A stretch of DNA of 64,000 nucleotides from Chloroflexota bacterium. Lineage in GTDB: Bacteria; Chloroflexota; UBA11872; VXOZ01. Of this stretch, positions 60,395 through 64,000 are shown one piece after another. A program made the position numbers and the translations under genes. The DNA lies in NCBI GenBank assembly GCA_964291655.2, contig OZ219802.1, positions 384,001 to 448,000 on the forward strand, given 5' to 3'. Numbering within the stretch: position 1 is the stretch's first letter; each line of letters opens with the position of its first letter. Under the pieces are notes generated by a model that saw nothing but the letters and a program-made list of their open reading frames with translations, did no database searches and was not told where the DNA came from.

Positions 60395-60568
60395 ATTTGC
60401 GAGCATCATAGCGGAGCATTGTAGAGGCGAATGCAGGGCTCATAGCGTCCTAATGGCTAATGCGGGGGTCACGTGCGGCCTGATTGCCACACTCTTCAAT
60501 CGCCCACAAAAAACAACCCGCACCGCAATTTCCTCGACAATTTACGTCGTGCGATAGGGAGGCACACT

Positions 60569-61033
60569 TTGGAACTGTTTGCCAACACCATCCAAGACCT
60601 GCATGCAATTGCCGTTCATTTCCCGATTGGGCTCCTCGTAGTCAGCGCTGGATTGAGCGCGTTCCTCTTCACTAGAACCAGTCCTTCATTGCAGCACGCT
60701 ACGTGGTTTATGCTGTGGCTGGGGACAATTGGCGCTGTAGTCTCGACGATTACCGGACTGATCTCACACTTTCCATACGAAGAGCTGGAAGTACACAGCG
60801 TCATTGACGTCCATCTACGCTGGAGCTTTGGGGCTACTGCCCTCTTCATTGCCGTGACAATGTGGCGAGGGATCTCCCGCTGGCGCAAGCGCGACGTGGG
60901 AGCGAATCCCCTTTACCTCGTCTTTGTTTTGCTTGGCATCGCAGCCTTGACGGTTTCGGGAATGACCGGTGGCGACCTGGTCTACGAGTACGGCATCAAC
61001 GTGCGGGGCATAAACCCATTGCTCGAGCAATAA
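60569..61033 (+). CDS. DUF2231 family membrane protein
   Basis: LHAIAVHFPIGLL, four TM segments, GMTGGDLVY; TTG 60569 after GGGAGG. Confidence 0.8.
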   Translation: MELFANTIQDLHAIAVHFPIGLLVVSAGLSAFLFTRTSPSLQHATWFMLWLGTIGAVVSTITGLISHFPYEELEVHSVIDVHLRWSFGATALFIAVTMWRGISRWRKRDVGANPLYLVFVLLGIAALTVSGMTGGDLVYEYGINVRGINPLLEQ

Positions 61034-61095
61034 TTCGAGCATCCTCCTGGCGAGAGAGTCTCACCTCACTTCAAGTTCTTTCTCAAGCTCAATAG

Positions 61096-61126
61096 AAAAA
61101 CGCCCTTCCTCGGCGAGGAAGGTCGT
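61096..61126 (-). terminator. Probable terminator between convergent DUF2231 and RND genes
   Basis: ACG.CCTTCCTC/GAGGAAGG.CGT stem with an A5 tract (U tract on the minus strand). Confidence 0.55.
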
Positions 61127-61230
61127 CTCACATGTCGGTTTGTCACGTCCGGCAGCGCCGTGAACCGCAATGCTACAGTCTCATCACGGCAACGAAAAGA
61201 CTTCAGTCGTCCCAGCCAATGCTCGCCCGG

Positions 61231-64000
61231 TCACGAAACGCCCTCTGGTTGTGAAAACTCATCGGGCACTGCGACGCGCTCGATCGCAGGCCGCCGACGC
61301 GGCTCGCGACGGAACAGGCCGGGAATGCTCTGGTTGGCCAGGGTATAGACGACTGGCACCACGAGCAGGGTCAGGAACGTCGAGCTCACCAAGCCGCCGA
61401 TCACCACGGTTGCGAGTTCAGCGCCCAAGATTCCGCCCGAGTCTTCTGAAAAGGCGGCCAAGGGAACCAAAGCAAAACTCGTGGTGATGGCCGTCATCAA
61501 GATAGGCCGCAACCGAATGCGCCCACCGTGCATGAGGGCTTCGTAGACGGTGAAGCCACGCTCCCGCAGTTGCTCGACAAACGACACGAGCACCACTGCG
61601 TTGGTAACGACAATACCGATCAGCAGCAGAATGCCCATCATCCCCGGTAGGCCGAGTGAGCGTCCGGTGATTGCCAGCGCTGCCAAAGCGCCAATCAAGG
61701 CGAGCGGCAAGCTGGTGACAATCACGAACGGATTTCGCAGCGAACCGAGGCTGGCAACCATGACCAAGTACACCATGATGATACCGATCGCCATGGCAAG
61801 GAAGATATCCTCAAAGCCTTCCGCGATTTGCGCAAAGACTCCGGCATTCGTAACAGTCACGCCGGGAGGCAGATCGAGGGCATCGATCTTCTCCTGGATC
61901 AGGAGCCCTACAGCTTGGGTGTCGTCTGCGGTTATGTCACCGCTGATTCCCGCCGAACGCAAACGGTCGGTGCGATTAATTGCAACTGGACCTTCTACCA
62001 CCTGAACCGTTGCAATGTCACTCAGGGGAGCAATCCCCCCTGGACCGGCAATCATGAGTGAACTAATCGTCTGGACGCTGTTGATGGTACCCGCCGGCCC
62101 ACTCAGGATTACGTCAATCGGTCCGTCGCCCACGTCAATCTGGGTGACAGTCTGACCTACAAGAATCTGGTTGATTTGGAAGGCGACCGTCTGGGTGCTC
62201 AAGCCGAGCGCCGCCGCCCGTGCAGGGTCAACGTTGACGACCACCTCCTCCCGGGCCTCGCTCACGTCGCTCGTGACATCCTCAAGGCCGTCGATGGTTG
62301 CCAACTCGCTCGCGAGCAGCAGCGCGATAGACGCAATCTCGTCATAGTCATTCCCTGTGATACTGATTTCCAAGCCGGCGGCAGGAGGTCCGCCGCCGAC
62401 ATCGACGATCGTAATCCTGCGGTCTGCCGTGGTGGGCAGCCTTTGCCTCAGAATGTCAACGATGTTTTCCGGTACATCCTCCTTTAGTTGGACGAATGTG
62501 GAAGCTTGATTGAATCCGGTCGTGAAACTTTGCGCGGAGGCGCCGGCAGCGGCGCCGGCAGTCGTGCTATAGATATCCGAAAACTCGCTAATTTGCTCCT
62601 CTAGAGCGATGACCTCGGCCAGGGTTTCTTCAGCGCGCGTGCCCGGCGGCAATTCCATGTTGATGGTAACGAACTCGGTCCCACCAGATGAGAAGAGGTT
62701 TATGGGAATGAAGCGCAGCAGCCCCAGGCTGCCCCCGGCAATGACGATGGCCGCCAGCAGAGTAAGCGTCTTGTGACTCAGCGACCAGCGCAGCATGGGC
62801 ACATAAATGCGCTGCATCCAGTTATTCGTCTCCGGTATCTCATCTTCTTCGCCGGCGCCCTCGGGCAAGTCGCCGGGCCGCAGCAAGTACGCTCCCAGCA
62901 CGGGCACGGCAGTCAAGGCCACCAAGAGCGATGCGATCAAGGCAAAGCTGACCGCCAACGCAAAGGGGAAGAAGAACGCCCCTACGAGACCCTGAATAAA
63001 GGCCAGCGGCGCAAATATCACAATTGTCGCCAGCGTGGAGGCCGTAATGGCGGGGCCAACTTCCACCGTTGCGTCTAGGGCGGCGCGCCAGCGCTCCCTA
63101 CCGCCCTCGATATTCCGGTAGACATTCTCCAGCACCACGATGCTGTCGTCCACCACACGTCCCACGGATATGGCTAATCCCCCCAACGTCATGAAGTTCA
63201 GCGTCAAGCCCTGCCAGTCCATGAGCAGAACGCCGGCAAAGATGCTGAGAGGGATCGAAAGAACTATCACCAAAGTCGGGCGTAGGGTCCGAAAGACGCC
63301 CCGAAAGGCATTTGGGCGCAGGGTAAGGAAGAAGGCAAAGACGACGATCGTTGCAAGGGTCAGACCCAATACCGCTTCCCGCTCCAATGTATCAATCTGC
63401 GCTTGGATTTGGGGGCCGTCGTTGTAGACGATGATCACTTCCACATCCGGCGGCAGAATGTCCAATGCCGTCAGAGCCTCTTCCACGGCAGTTGTGACGT
63501 CTACCGTGTTGGCGTCCGGCTCTTTGAATACGGAAATATCAATGCTGGGCTTGCCATTCGTTCGCGAGATACTGCGCGCAGTGCTCGCGCCGAGCTGCAC
63601 GTCAGCGACATCAGCCAACCGCAACGGCTGCGGCGGGGCGCCAGTCTGTGATGGTGGCCCGACGAGCGTACGTGGAATCACCAACTGCCGGAGCTCGTCC
63701 AACGTCCCGAATCGGTTGGTTGTCTTCACCGGCAGAACCTGGCCGTTGCGCGTTATCGCCCCACCGGGAAACGTGATGTTGTTCTCACGCAGCGCCTGCG
63801 AGACCTGAAACAGCGAAATACGCTCCTCCAAGAGACGATCAGGATCTACCGTGATGAGAACCTGTTGCTGCACGTCTCCGGTGACCTCAACGATCGCAAT
63901 GCCGTCGATACCGGAGATCTTGGGGAGGACACTGGTCTCGAGTATTTCCTGTAACTCTACAATTTCCCTCTCGCCAGTGACGCTAATGCGCATAGAAGGA
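61231..64000 (-). CDS. RND efflux permease (AcrB/SwrC-like), 5' end beyond the window
   Basis: SIPLS, LNFMTLGGLAISVGRVVDDSIVVLENV, GIVVTNAVVL, RLRPILMT, VIGGL. Confidence 0.93.
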   Translation of the reverse strand, partial: PSMRISVTGEREIVELQEILETSVLPKISGIDGIAIVEVTGDVQQQVLITVDPDRLLEERISLFQVSQALRENNITFPGGAITRNGQVLPVKTTNRFGTLDELRQLVIPRTLVGPPSQTGAPPQPLRLADVADVQLGASTARSISRTNGKPSIDISVFKEPDANTVDVTTAVEEALTALDILPPDVEVIIVYNDGPQIQAQIDTLEREAVLGLTLATIVVFAFFLTLRPNAFRGVFRTLRPTLVIVLSIPLSIFAGVLLMDWQGLTLNFMTLGGLAISVGRVVDDSIVVLENVYRNIEGGRERWRAALDATVEVGPAITASTLATIVIFAPLAFIQGLVGAFFFPFALAVSFALIASLLVALTAVPVLGAYLLRPGDLPEGAGEEDEIPETNNWMQRIYVPMLRWSLSHKTLTLLAAIVIAGGSLGLLRFIPINLFSSGGTEFVTINMELPPGTRAEETLAEVIALEEQISEFSDIYSTTAGAAAGASAQSFTTGFNQASTFVQLKEDVPENIVDILRQRLPTTADRRITIVDVGGGPPAAGLEISITGNDYDEIASIALLLASELATIDGLEDVTSDVSEAREEVVVNVDPARAAALGLSTQTVAFQINQILVGQTVTQIDVGDGPIDVILSGPAGTINSVQTISSLMIAGPGGIAPLSDIATVQVVEGPVAINRTDRLRSAGISGDITADDTQAVGLLIQEKIDALDLPPGVTVTNAGVFAQIAEGFEDIFLAMAIGIIMVYLVMVASLGSLRNPFVIVTSLPLALIGALAALAITGRSLGLPGMMGILLLIGIVVTNAVVLVSFVEQLRERGFTVYEALMHGGRIRLRPILMTAITTSFALVPLAAFSEDSGGILGAELATVVIGGLVSSTFLTLLVVPVVYTLANQSIPGLFRREPRRRPAIERVAVPDEFSQPEGVS

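Overview
This is a GC-rich bacterial chromosomal segment. Gene content and style suggest Chloroflexota (inference only). The housekeeping backbone includes moeA, tRNA-Arg(TCG), rpmE-DUF1385-prfA-prmC, pyrD, ftsY/ffh, nhaA, comM/yifB, hpt-ade, thrB and ispG, interspersed with catabolic enzymes, transporters and a two-component system. The best candidate for an undescribed system is an AT-richer, translationally coupled three-gene cassette at 8249-12319: a DruA/DUF4338-like protein, a NurA nuclease and a HerA ATPase, with no other Druantia genes. A second candidate defence or toxin-antitoxin pair is an ABC-ATPase plus PIN nuclease at 163-1929. Palindromic repeat families are very active. They form a ~116-codon in-frame insertion inside moeA and a nested element at 25383-25958, where an IS481-type MITE sits inside a hairpin repeat inside an IS5-type MITE. 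Also seen are a decayed duplicate of the comM 5' end bracketing a GH127-like gene, a possible L31 leader RNA, and three matching OmpR-type boxes. All family calls come from motif recognition by eye; no searches were run.
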